A stretch of 64,000 nt of DNA, taken from Oceanispirochaeta sp. (lineage in GTDB: Bacteria; Spirochaetota; Spirochaetia; DSM-2461). Under the pieces are notes generated by a model, which had not been told where the DNA came from, did not search any database, and saw only the letters and a program-made list of their open reading frames with translations. Position numbers and translations under genes: made by a program. The DNA lies in contig CAXXOA010000002.1 of assembly GCA_963666275.2 (NCBI GenBank), positions 864,001-928,000 of the forward strand, written 5' to 3'. Shown in pieces: positions 19,124 through 28,392 of this stretch; the stretch's first letter is position 1, and each line of letters opens with the position of its first letter.

Positions 19124-19888
19124 ATGAAAAAAAGACTGTTTGTCACGTTTCTGGTTTTATATCATTTTTCACTTTCCGCCGGAGGTGTTCAGGATCAGGG
19201 AAAAGGCATTACCCTTTACATTGCCGCCAGTACGACTGATGTCATTTCTGATGCGGCGGTCCTTTACCAGGAGAAGACCGGTGTTTCGGTTCAGATAAAT
19301 CCCGCTTCCAGCGGGACTCTGGCAAATCAGATTGAGCAGGGTGCTCCGGCGGACGTCTATATCTCCGCTTCCCGCAAGTGGATGGACTATGTGGAGACTC
19401 TGGGCGCTGCTGAGGATGTCTCTTCTCTTGTCAGGAACAGACTGGTTCTCATCGCTCCTTCGGACTCTCCGGACGGGTCATTTATCCTGGACGGGAATTC
19501 CTCTTTTCCCTCCTCTTTTGAGGGGTATCTCTCCATGGGAGACCCCGAACATGTCCCGGCGGGAAAGTATGCCCGGGAAGCGCTGACCTATTTTGGCTGG
19601 TTTGGGGAACTCGAGCCCAGGATGCTTCCCGCCGCTGATGTCCGGGCCGCTCTTTCCGTTGTTGAGCTTGGCGAAGCCGAAAGAGGGATTGTCTATGAAA
19701 CAGATGCGGAAAAATCCGGAAGGGTCAGGATTCTGGGGGCATTCCCTGAAGAGTCCCACACGCCCGTAGAATACTTTTGCGCCCTTCTGAGTGATGCGGG
19801 AGAAGAGGCCGGGGCCTTCTATGAATTCCTCCTGCATGACCAGGATGTGAAAGACCTTTTTACACGCTACGGATTTACTGTAAAATAG
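19124..19888 (+). CDS. modA: Molybdate ABC transporter substrate-binding protein
   Basis: AAST, ASSGTLANQIEQGAPADVYISA, VPAGKYA, DVRAAL and VYETDA. Confidence 0.95.
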   Translation: MKKRLFVTFLVLYHFSLSAGGVQDQGKGITLYIAASTTDVISDAAVLYQEKTGVSVQINPASSGTLANQIEQGAPADVYISASRKWMDYVETLGAAEDVSSLVRNRLVLIAPSDSPDGSFILDGNSSFPSSFEGYLSMGDPEHVPAGKYAREALTYFGWFGELEPRMLPAADVRAALSVVELGEAERGIVYETDAEKSGRVRILGAFPEESHTPVEYFCALLSDAGEEAGAFYEFLLHDQDVKDLFTRYGFTVK

Positions 19889-19913
19889 GGCTCTTCCTTC
19901 AATTGGGGTATAT

Positions 19914-20609
19914 ATGAATTTTCATGATATTGTTTCGACAGTATTCCTTTCCATAAGGATAGGGGTCCTGGCCACAGCTATTAATCTCCCTCTGGCTCTC
20001 GGTGTGGTTTACTTTCTTACGCACACTCAGTTCAGGGGAAAGAATCTACTGGATGGTCTGATAAACCTCCCTCTTGTGATGCCTCCTGTTACAACGGGAT
20101 ATATCCTCCTTTTTCTGTTCGGGAAAAAGGGGCTCATTGGTTCTGTCCTGTTTTCTTTCTTCGGGATGAGGATTGCTTTCACCACCATGGCGGCTGTGAT
20201 CGCTTCCATGGTGGTTTCTTTTCCCCTTATCACAAGAAGTCTCCGGATTTCCATGGAAATGGTTGATCCCAGGCTGGAGCAGGCCGCCCGGACTCTGGGC
20301 GCAGGTAAAAGGGCTGTCTTTTTCCGGATCACTCTGCCCCTGGTTCTGCCGGGAGTTCTCAACGGTGTGGTTCTGGGATTTGCCAGGAGTCTGGGGGAGT
20401 TCGGAGCTACCATGACTTTTGCCGGGAATATCCAGGGGGTCACCAGAACAGTTCCCCTTTCGGTTTATTCGTTCCTGCAGATCCCCGGAAGAGAGCGGGA
20501 GGCGGCGGTTCTGGTGTCTATTTCCATCGGTATATCCTTTATGGCCATGTTTTTATCCTCTCTGTTCAATGCCCGGAGCCGGAACAGAACAATTCGGGAG
20601 GCTCTATGA
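19914..20609 (+). CDS. modB: Molybdate ABC transporter permease
   Basis: LPLVMPPVTTGY, EQAARTLGA and FARSLGEFGAT. Confidence 0.96.
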   Translation: MNFHDIVSTVFLSIRIGVLATAINLPLALGVVYFLTHTQFRGKNLLDGLINLPLVMPPVTTGYILLFLFGKKGLIGSVLFSFFGMRIAFTTMAAVIASMVVSFPLITRSLRISMEMVDPRLEQAARTLGAGKRAVFFRITLPLVLPGVLNGVVLGFARSLGEFGATMTFAGNIQGVTRTVPLSVYSFLQIPGREREAAVLVSISIGISFMAMFLSSLFNARSRNRTIREAL

Positions 20610-21661
20610 GCCTTGTTTTTGATCTGACCATTCCCCGCAGGGATTTCCCTCTCTCTCTGAAGGGAGAGTTCGCCGATTCCACAGTGGGAATCTTCGGTTC
20701 CTCCGGTGCGGGAAAAACCTCCTTTTTCAGCCTTCTGGCGGGGCTGGAAAAACCCAGTCAGGGAGGCATTACTCTTAACGGCAGGGTTCTCACCGATACG
20801 GAAAAGGGAATCTTTGTCCCTCCCCAGAAAAGGCGGATCGGCGTTGTTTTTCAGGACAAGCTGATGTTTCCCCATATGACAATCCGGGAGAACCTCCTGT
20901 TCGGAGTTCCCTATGTCAAAAAGAAAAGGGTGGCTCTGGATGATGTGGTGGATCTTCTGGACCTGGGAAATCTGCTGGACTCCATGCCCCATGAGGTTTC
21001 CGGAGGCGAGCAGCAGAGAACGGCTATCGGACGGGCCCTGCTGACCTCTCCGGAGCTTCTGCTTCTGGATGAGCCCTTCAACGCCGTCGACAGCAGCCTC
21101 CGGTACAAGATCCTTCCCTATCTCAGAAAACTGAGGGACAAGCTTGGCATTCCCATGCTTGTGATCAGCCATGATCTTCCGGATATTCAGAAGCTTACCA
21201 ACAGAGTGTATCTGATCGAGAAGGGAGAGTGCCGGGGTGACGGGGAGCTTTTTGAACTGCTGGGACGCGGATCAGTGCTTCCGAATAACCTGAATATTGT
21301 GAATACTTTTCATCTCTACAGCCCCCGGGAGGAGAGCCGGGGACTTTTTACCTGCGCTGTCAGGGGAATGCCCGGACAGTTCCTGAAAGTACCGGCTCAT
21401 TCTTCCGAATTCGGTGTCGTCACAGTTCAGCCCAGTGAAATTGCTCTGGCAAAAACCCGCATAGAAAATATTTCCATGCAGAATCAGATACGGGGAGTCA
21501 TTGAGAAACTCTATGATTCGGATGACCGTTTTTTCTGTCTTGTCGATACGGGAGTGCCTGTCCTTGTGGAGATTACCGCTGCTACAGCGGAAGCCCTGCA
21601 GCTGAGAGAGGGGATGGAAGTACTCTGCCTCTTCAAGGCCCACTCTCTGAGGACGGGATAG
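20606..21661 (+). CDS. modC: Molybdate ABC transporter ATP-binding protein with C-terminal TOBE/Mop domain
   Basis: GSSGAGKT, VSGGEQQR, LLDEP and SMQNQIRG...LFKA. Confidence 0.95.
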   Translation: MSLVFDLTIPRRDFPLSLKGEFADSTVGIFGSSGAGKTSFFSLLAGLEKPSQGGITLNGRVLTDTEKGIFVPPQKRRIGVVFQDKLMFPHMTIRENLLFGVPYVKKKRVALDDVVDLLDLGNLLDSMPHEVSGGEQQRTAIGRALLTSPELLLLDEPFNAVDSSLRYKILPYLRKLRDKLGIPMLVISHDLPDIQKLTNRVYLIEKGECRGDGELFELLGRGSVLPNNLNIVNTFHLYSPREESRGLFTCAVRGMPGQFLKVPAHSSEFGVVTVQPSEIALAKTRIENISMQNQIRGVIEKLYDSDDRFFCLVDTGVPVLVEITAATAEALQLREGMEVLCLFKAHSLRTG

Positions 21662-21748
21662 AAGCAAAACCTCGAAAAAATCCCGATTTGGAATTAGACT
21701 TTCTTAAAAGGAATTAATAGCCCCCACTGACTTTCAAGGAGAGCCCAT

Positions 21749-22246
21749 ATGAAATTGCCTGTAATCCTTTTCTTTTCCGCCCTGGTCCTTGTCTCCTGTT
21801 CCTCCCTGCCCGATTCAACCGGGGCGGCTGAAGAGTTCAGCTGGGAGGCGGCAGATCAGCTTAAAGGCCGGAACGGTCTTGTCCTGGCTCTGGCGGAACT
21901 GGAACAGGAGGATATCCCCTCCCGCCTGTACACCCTTTTTCAGAACGATCTGACCACCGCTCTGGTGATGTCTTTCCGGGAGGAAGGCGTGGATATACAG
22001 GTTGTCACCAGGGATAAAATTCAGCGGATTATGGATGAGAAAGCGCTGGAGTTCCAGGGGATGACCTATCAGGATGCGCAGATTCAGGTGGGGATGCTCC
22101 TGGGAGCAGACCTTCTTGTGACAGGTTCTCTGGTCTGGCTGGAGGATGATATCTATAAGTTCTCAGGACAGATCATAGAGGTCGCCACGGGCACTCAGGT
22201 CGGGGGCTATTCCAATGAGTTCTGGTTTGATACGGAATCGGACTGA
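21749..22246 (+). CDS. Lipoprotein, CsgG/FlgO/TolB-N-like fold
   Basis: Lipobox LVSC, VVTRDKIQRIMDE and VGMLLGADLLVTGSL. Confidence 0.75.
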   Translation: MKLPVILFFSALVLVSCSSLPDSTGAAEEFSWEAADQLKGRNGLVLALAELEQEDIPSRLYTLFQNDLTTALVMSFREEGVDIQVVTRDKIQRIMDEKALEFQGMTYQDAQIQVGMLLGADLLVTGSLVWLEDDIYKFSGQIIEVATGTQVGGYSNEFWFDTESD

Positions 22247-22252
22247 CGACTC

Positions 22253-23278
22253 TCAGATTGTTCCTTTCAGAGCATCCAGACGATCCATAAGACGGGGATT
22301 CTTCTCTCCGTACTCTTCCAGAATATCCTCCACTCTCTCTTTCTCCTCTTCTGAAAGGCCGTTCCACATCTCATCGTAGAGTGTGAGTGTTCTTACCGCT
22401 GTCTCCAGAACTTCATCGGAACTGCCGGGGGATCTGCCCATCCTTCCCATGAGGGATTCACATTTTCTCAGGTAGGGCAGCTTCTCAGAGGGAATCTCGC
22501 CAAGAATCTCTCCATGAATTTCCGGGAGGGCCGGTGCCAGGGCGGCAGAAAACTCCTGAATCATTTCGATCTGCTCCCGGGAGAGTTCCAGAGAGACAAG
22601 AAGGGTTCCGGGGCTCAGGACCACGCGGCTGATCTGCATCCCCGGGCTGATCTTTTCCGACAGGGCTTCCAGGTCGACAAAGGAATACCGGTCCTGACGG
22701 GACAGGATCTCTCCCAGAGCATCCGGGTCCCTTTCGGGGGATTGCGACCGGGCTCGCTCCTCCAGTTTGTATAATAGTGAGACCGGAAGATTGAGGCGTC
22801 CCAGTTTCAGTTCCGTCAGTTCCAGACGCAGCCGAGAGCCTTTGATCATATCCGTATTCATGGCGATGGTGACCATGAACCGGAAAATCCCGTCTTTAAA
22901 AAGGGGAAAATCCACGGGGACGGCCGCCGCGGCTCTGAACAGAACGGCATCTTCGAAGAGTTTTATCTCCGCATTTCCATCGGCGGGAAATCCCTCTTCC
23001 TCCAGGAGCAGGGCAAACACCTGATTCAGCTGGAAATTCAGTCTCTCTTCGGAGAGGACTATTCCCTTTTCGGAATAGGAGAACCCTCCGGAGGAGTAGG
23101 GAATCTCCTGAAAACTCAGACTGTCCCATTGTTCCTGGGACGGCTGGATCCGGATCAGAAGTATCACAGGTATAGCGATAAGTATAAGCAGGATGGCAAA
23201 AGCAATGATCAGTGCATTTCTGCAGCCCCGGGGCTTTGCAGAATCCTGATTGGGAATATTGGACTGGTATTGGCTCAT
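22253..23278 (-). CDS. Membrane-anchored hypothetical protein
   Basis: Single N-terminal TM after RGC, with LKLGRLNLP motif. Lies directly downstream of the DtxR gene. Confidence 0.75.
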   Translation of the reverse strand: MSQYQSNIPNQDSAKPRGCRNALIIAFAILLILIAIPVILLIRIQPSQEQWDSLSFQEIPYSSGGFSYSEKGIVLSEERLNFQLNQVFALLLEEEGFPADGNAEIKLFEDAVLFRAAAAVPVDFPLFKDGIFRFMVTIAMNTDMIKGSRLRLELTELKLGRLNLPVSLLYKLEERARSQSPERDPDALGEILSRQDRYSFVDLEALSEKISPGMQISRVVLSPGTLLVSLELSREQIEMIQEFSAALAPALPEIHGEILGEIPSEKLPYLRKCESLMGRMGRSPGSSDEVLETAVRTLTLYDEMWNGLSEEEKERVEDILEEYGEKNPRLMDRLDALKGTI

Positions 23279-23284
23279 AAGGAT

Positions 23285-23989
23285 TTATCCCTCCAGATTT
23301 TTATAACAGATATACCGGGCAATTTCTGCGGGAATGACGATACTGTTTTCACAGCAGTCTATAGTCAGGTCTCCCCGGCTGTCCCGGGAGGTTATGCATA
23401 ATGATTTTCCCGGAAAAAGTTCATTCCGGTGACAGAATTTGAGAAGCCCTTCCGCGGCTTCGCCCTCTTCTGTTATCCGGATTATCTGCAGTCTTGAGTT
23501 TTCGGGAGCCCTGTCCAGCCTGGGAGCCGATATCAGCTCCTCTTCTCTTTCGCTCCCGGGAAAAGGATTGCCGTGGGGGCAGGTCTGGGGTTTGTTGAAG
23601 TAATCATAAAGGTAGTCTGTAAATTCTTCTGAAAGGCTGGTCTGGAGTCTCTGGGCTTCCTCATCCGATTTATCCCAGGGATAGTTGGTTGTGGTAATCA
23701 GGAGATGTTCGATAAGGTAGTGCTTTTCCAGGGTTCTCACGGCAAATCCCCGGCCTTTTTCTGTCAGCCTGATATCTCCATAGGGATCCTGTTCTACCAG
23801 TTCGTGTTTCTTCAAACGTCCTATGGCCTGGTTGACCGCAGGTTTGGAAACTCCCAGATTGCCTGCAAGCCTTGTATTCCCGGTTTTTCCATACTCTCTC
23901 TGTATAAGGAATATAGAGACAAGGTAGTTCAGGGCGGCAGGAAATTTCTTCTGGAGTTCTTCAATATCAGATGCGGTAGGGTTATACAT
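23285..23989 (-). CDS. DtxR/IdeR/MntR-family metal-dependent regulator with FeoA-like C-terminal domain
   Basis: LGVSKPAVNQAIGRL HTH, KHYLIEHLL, EEAQRL and TCPHGNPFPG. Confidence 0.92.
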   Translation of the reverse strand: MYNPTASDIEELQKKFPAALNYLVSIFLIQREYGKTGNTRLAGNLGVSKPAVNQAIGRLKKHELVEQDPYGDIRLTEKGRGFAVRTLEKHYLIEHLLITTTNYPWDKSDEEAQRLQTSLSEEFTDYLYDYFNKPQTCPHGNPFPGSEREEELISAPRLDRAPENSRLQIIRITEEGEAAEGLLKFCHRNELFPGKSLCITSRDSRGDLTIDCCENSIVIPAEIARYICYKNLEG

Positions 23990-24133
23990 TTGCTTTCGAT
24001 TATCCCACTTTTAATTGGCTACGGCCGGGTTTTCGGGCTGTTTTCAGGATAAGTTTAAAAGGGGGAGGGGAACGTGTCAAATGAAAGTGATCCACTATTG
24101 CTTTTTTGCTGGAAGGACAGGTATTTTTATAGC

Positions 24134-26908
24134 ATGGATTTCCCCGGAAAAAAATCATTGCTACCGGTTCTGCTGATCTTCATTCAGGTCCTTCTTGCTG
24201 CCCAGCATATCCCGGGAACTCGCTGGAAAACTGTCGAAACCGAAAACTTCAGGGTTATCTTCCCGGAAGAGCTGACAGAGCAGGCTGCCGATCTGGCAGG
24301 TAAAATGGAAGTCCTCTATGCTCTGGAATCCCCCTCATTATCCCCTCCCCGAATCTCCCGGTGGACCATCGTTATTACAGGGGAGGATACGGATGCTAAC
24401 GGGTTTGTCTCCCTGCCTCCCCGCAGGAGCGTCTGGTCGGCCTTACCAGCCGGAGACAGCCTTCCTCCTCTGGAGTGGATGGATCTTCTGGCTCTTCATG
24501 AAGGGCGGCACATGATCCAGTACGATGCTCTGAACCGGAGACTCAACAGACTTCTGTATACCCTGGGAGGGGAAGCGGGCCTTTCGGTCGGCCTGTTCTG
24601 GGGGGTCCCCGGCTGGTTCCTTGAAGGGGATGCGGTGGGAGCCGAAACCGCCTTCTCCGGAACCGGTCGGGGCAGGGATCCTCTTTTTTTCAGACAGATG
24701 AAAGAGATCATCCTGAAGGAAGATTTTTCCTATCAGAAAATGGTGAACCGCTCCTACAGGAATTACATTCCCAATGAATATGTAACAGGCTATTTTCTGA
24801 CGTCCTATCTGAAGAATCATTACGGACCGGACAGTCTGGCCAGATTTCTGAACGGTCCTTCAACCATACCCTTTCCCGCCCTGGGAATGTATCTGGGAGC
24901 CAGGACTACCACCGGACAGTCCTGGTCGGCTCTCTATGACCAGATGGCCCGGGAGCTCCGGGAAGCCTGGGAGCAGCAGAACAGGGATATTGTCCCCATA
25001 GAAAACAGTAAAATCACCGAGCCCGCCGGGAGGGATTACCTTCTCTGGGATCCCCTCCTTTTTGAAGAGGACCGCATCATTGCCCGCAGAACCTCCCTGT
25101 CGGGAGTCCCCCGGCTGATTGAGATCACACCTGAAGGGGAGCAGTCCCTTGTCCGGGTTCCATCGACAGACCATATTGCCATCCACGGGGACCGGGCCGT
25201 TTGGGCCTATTCCAGACCCTCCGCCGTGTATGACTCTCTGAGCTGGTCGGACCTGGTTATGACGGATATCCGGACGGGAAAGAGAACTATCCTCACAGAG
25301 AAGCAGAAGTACAGATACCCCGCGTTCAGTCCCGACGGAAGGGAAATTGCCGTTATTTCCCGGTCATTAAAGGGGGAGGACTCCCTGGTGATCCTCAACA
25401 GTACCACCGGAGAGGAAACCCTTCATCGGCTCCTTCCCCGGGGAGATGCCGCGGGAATTGCCGCCTGGTCTGCCCGGGGTGAGTCTCTTTTTCTGACCCT
25501 GCAGGATGCGGAAGGGCGGGCCATTCTCCGTCTGGAAAGAGAAACGGGAGATTTCAGCTATCTGAAGGATTTCAGCTACGAATCGGTAAAGAGCCTTTCC
25601 TTCTCCCGGGGGCTGCTCTTCTATTGTTCCAACCTGACGGGGGTGGAGAATGTGATGGCCCTTGATCCGGAGACAGGAGAGAGCTTTCAGGTCTCCTCCC
25701 GTTTCAACAGTGTCAGGCTCCCCCTGGCAGGAGTCTGGCGGGGAGAAGAGGTCCTCCTTTACAGTGAATACACCTCTTCCCGGGGGGAGCAGCTGGCCAT
25801 TCAGGAGCTGAACCCTCTCGAATGGCGCGGGGAGGACGAGATTGTCTCCCGGGAGTTTCTCTATTATCCCCGGAGCACTCTGGAATACCCCGACTACCGG
25901 GAGGCTCTGGCAGCGTCTTCCGGAGAGTCCCCTGTTACAGTGGAGGATTACTCCCTCCTTCAGGGACTGGGCAATATACACTCCTGGGGGCTTGCTCCGG
26001 ATGAGGAATCAGGAACAGCGCTGAACCTGTATATCCAGTCCGATGACGTCCTGGATACCTTCGGCTGGAGACTGGGGGGAGCTCTTGATGCGAACGACAG
26101 CAGCCGGGGAGGTTTCTTTAACCTGAACTGGCGCGGGGGCGTTCCTGAAATCGCCCTGAACAACCGCTACTGGTACAGGGATATTCAGGGTTCCCTGTAC
26201 CAGGATCTCTCTTCGGTTTTTCTGCTCTCCCAGCCTCTGAATTTTGACAGACCCCTCTGGTATCACAGGCTTGTCCCCTATGCGGGAATGGGGGCGGACG
26301 TTCTCGTTCCCGAGGATCCGGAGCATGAGAGTGAGAGCTCGCTTCCCCTCCATTTCGGAGTACAGGGCAGTTCTTTCCTTCCCGGCGGGCCCAGGAGTCT
26401 GAATCCCCTCTGGGGAGTTTCCGGGCGGAGTTATCTTACCTTTTCTCCCTTTACGGACCGGGACAGGTATCTTTTTTCTTCGGCACTGATTTTCTATCTT
26501 CCCGGAGTGATCCGCAATACAAGTCTTGTGCTGTCCGGATCCTACGAACAGCAGGACAGGTCCTATCAGAGCCGAATACTCTTTTCCCGGGGCTACGAAG
26601 CGGTTAAAGGAGAGGAGTTGTATCAGTTTTCAGGATCCTATGAGTTTCCACTCCTCTATCCCGATCTGGCTCTGGGGTCCTGGATGTATATCAATAGAAT
26701 CCGGGGGCAGTTTTTCTATGATCATACAGGGGTCGACAATCCTTCGGCAGAGCCCCGGATCTACCAGTCCCTGGGGGGCTCCCTGTCTTTTGAGTTTCAT
26801 CCCTTCAATACCCCCCATTTCCCTCTTTCTCTGGGGTTCCGCTATGCCTGGCTTGTCGAAGAGGAGAGGTCCTCTTTCGAGATCCTCTTTATGACTCTGG
26901 GCCTATAG
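24134..26908 (+). CDS. Large exported protein: HExxH metallopeptidase-like domain, TolB-like beta-propeller, C-terminal beta-barrel-like region
   Basis: Likely start ATG 24134 with a signal peptide. HEGRH plus PGWFLEGDA, PAFSPDG repeat, and an aromatic alternating C-terminus containing SRGY, YEFPL and YQSLG. Confidence 0.8.
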   Translation: MDFPGKKSLLPVLLIFIQVLLAAQHIPGTRWKTVETENFRVIFPEELTEQAADLAGKMEVLYALESPSLSPPRISRWTIVITGEDTDANGFVSLPPRRSVWSALPAGDSLPPLEWMDLLALHEGRHMIQYDALNRRLNRLLYTLGGEAGLSVGLFWGVPGWFLEGDAVGAETAFSGTGRGRDPLFFRQMKEIILKEDFSYQKMVNRSYRNYIPNEYVTGYFLTSYLKNHYGPDSLARFLNGPSTIPFPALGMYLGARTTTGQSWSALYDQMARELREAWEQQNRDIVPIENSKITEPAGRDYLLWDPLLFEEDRIIARRTSLSGVPRLIEITPEGEQSLVRVPSTDHIAIHGDRAVWAYSRPSAVYDSLSWSDLVMTDIRTGKRTILTEKQKYRYPAFSPDGREIAVISRSLKGEDSLVILNSTTGEETLHRLLPRGDAAGIAAWSARGESLFLTLQDAEGRAILRLERETGDFSYLKDFSYESVKSLSFSRGLLFYCSNLTGVENVMALDPETGESFQVSSRFNSVRLPLAGVWRGEEVLLYSEYTSSRGEQLAIQELNPLEWRGEDEIVSREFLYYPRSTLEYPDYREALAASSGESPVTVEDYSLLQGLGNIHSWGLAPDEESGTALNLYIQSDDVLDTFGWRLGGALDANDSSRGGFFNLNWRGGVPEIALNNRYWYRDIQGSLYQDLSSVFLLSQPLNFDRPLWYHRLVPYAGMGADVLVPEDPEHESESSLPLHFGVQGSSFLPGGPRSLNPLWGVSGRSYLTFSPFTDRDRYLFSSALIFYLPGVIRNTSLVLSGSYEQQDRSYQSRILFSRGYEAVKGEELYQFSGSYEFPLLYPDLALGSWMYINRIRGQFFYDHTGVDNPSAEPRIYQSLGGSLSFEFHPFNTPHFPLSLGFRYAWLVEEERSSFEILFMTLGL

Positions 26909-26968
26909 ATTTAATTCGGGAAATCCTGTTTTATATAAGACTCTCAAAACGTTGATGACGAGGTTGTA

Positions 26969-27322
26969 ATGACTCTTTTCATAGAAATCCTTCTTATTGT
27001 CCTGATCTATCTGGCGGGGATGGGGCTGGGCCTATTTATTCCGGTTCCCTTCAGCCTGCTCAGCATGGGACTTTTTTTTCTGCTTCTCATGACAGGTCTC
27101 CTCAAAGATCGTCTTTTTACAAAAATATCCACCCTGATCCTCTCTAACCTGGCCTTCTTTTTTATTCCCCCCGCAGTGGAGATTGTTGATTCCATGTCTG
27201 TTCTGGAGGGAAACTATCTGAAACTGATTGTGATCATGGTTGTCAGTAATATTTGCGTTCTGGCTGTGACCGCTCTGGTCGTGCAGGCTGTGCTGAACAG
27301 GAAGGAGAACAATCGTGACTGA
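26969..27322 (+). CDS. CidA/LrgA family holin-like protein
   Basis: IPVPFSLLSM, LAFFFIPPAV, 4 TM segments. Confidence 0.9.
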   Translation: MTLFIEILLIVLIYLAGMGLGLFIPVPFSLLSMGLFFLLLMTGLLKDRLFTKISTLILSNLAFFFIPPAVEIVDSMSVLEGNYLKLIVIMVVSNICVLAVTALVVQAVLNRKENNRD

Positions 27323-28016
27323 CTGGCTGACTTCTACCCCTCTCTTCGGAATCCTGCTGACGCTTGGCTGTTACTTTCTGGCAATGCGGCTTTACAAACG
27401 GGTGACCATTCAGCTGCTCAACCCTTTTATTGTGAGTTTCGCAGCAATCCTGATCATCCTTTTTCTGCTGGATATTCCCCTTTCCCGATATATGGCGGGA
27501 GGTAAGTATATTAAGATGCTTCTTCCTGTGACCATACTGCTTCTGGCTCTTCCTCTCTACAGGCAGCTGCCTCTTCTGCTGGAGCATAAACTGGCTATCA
27601 TCCTGGGGATCCTAGCAGGGGTGCTGACATCGGGAGTTTCGGTATTTCTTCTCTGTATCCTTCTGGATGTGGATAAACAGCTTCTCCTCTCTCTCATTCC
27701 GAAATCCATAACGACGCCTCTGGGGATCATCCTCTCTGAAACCCTGGGAGGTTTCGTGAGCGTAACGGTTATTTCCATAGTCATTACAGGAATACTGGGG
27801 GTTCTTTTCCATGGCCCTGTCTTCCGGTTCCTCAGGATCACCCATCCTGTGGCCCAGGGCATCGCCATAGGAACCGCTTCTCATGCTATTGGAACCTCCA
27901 AAGCTATGGAACTGGGAGAAGTCCAGGGCGCAATGAGCGGACTGGCCATTATCCTGGCCGGGATTATCACTGTATTTTCGGCGCCCCTGTTCCTGCTTCT
28001 CTACAGTCTTCTTTGA
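27315..28016 (+). CDS. LrgB/CidB family membrane protein
   Basis: LALPLY, PKSITTP and GTASHAIGTSKAME. GTG start overlapping cidA. Confidence 0.95.
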   Translation: MTDWLTSTPLFGILLTLGCYFLAMRLYKRVTIQLLNPFIVSFAAILIILFLLDIPLSRYMAGGKYIKMLLPVTILLLALPLYRQLPLLLEHKLAIILGILAGVLTSGVSVFLLCILLDVDKQLLLSLIPKSITTPLGIILSETLGGFVSVTVISIVITGILGVLFHGPVFRFLRITHPVAQGIAIGTASHAIGTSKAMELGEVQGAMSGLAIILAGIITVFSAPLFLLLYSLL

Positions 28017-28018
28017 AA

Positions 28019-28036
28019 CGGGTAATCACTTACCCG
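28019..28036. promoter_or_regulatory. Perfect inverted repeat, candidate enhancer for the downstream sigma54 promoter
   Basis: CGGGTAA-TCAC-TTACCCG, about 120 bp upstream of the -24 element. No U-tract follows. Confidence 0.6.
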
Positions 28037-28153
28037 TCCCGTGTAGTTCCGGCCACTTCCGGGAGCCGTCTCCCTGTAAGCCCATCACCTTCTTTCTCTT
28101 CTAAATTTATTCCAGGTAAGGGAATAGTTCTTTTCTGAACAGGGATCCTCTTT

Positions 28154-28168
28154 TGGCACAGCAATTGC
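28154..28168 (+). promoter_or_regulatory. sigma54 (-24/-12) promoter
   Basis: TGGCACA-GCAA-TTGC. Shares CCTCTTTTGGCAC with the modA promoter. Confidence 0.8.
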
Positions 28169-28194
28169 ATTAGAGTAGGCAAAAGGAGCACATT

Positions 28195-28353
28195 ATGGAA
28201 ACAAGAGGAGTATTCAGCCCGGAGCAGGGACAGGAACTGTCCGAATTTGTAATCATTCAGTCAGAGCCACCTCAGCCTCTCTGGGAGGAAGACCTGTTTG
28301 AAATCACAGAGCAGGGACAGAACCAGCTTCTGAATCTGCAGGAAAGGAATTAA
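28195..28353 (+). CDS. Unannotated 52-aa acidic microprotein
   Basis: AAGGAG RBS 6 nt before the ATG. Reads METRGVFSPEQGQELSEFVIIQSEPPQPLWEEDLFEITEQGQNQLLNLQERN. Shorter than any ORF in the supplied track. Confidence 0.6.
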   Translation: METRGVFSPEQGQELSEFVIIQSEPPQPLWEEDLFEITEQGQNQLLNLQERN

Positions 28354-28392
28354 ATCCTATCATACCGACAGCTGTGGTATACTGTTGATCCC

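Noticed and set aside
23990..24133. DtxR/TroR operator between the regulator and the large envelope gene
   Set aside because: No convincing palindrome was found.
26969..28016. cidA/lrgB as a prophage lysis cassette
   Set aside because: No phage genes are nearby, and this pair is a common chromosomal module.
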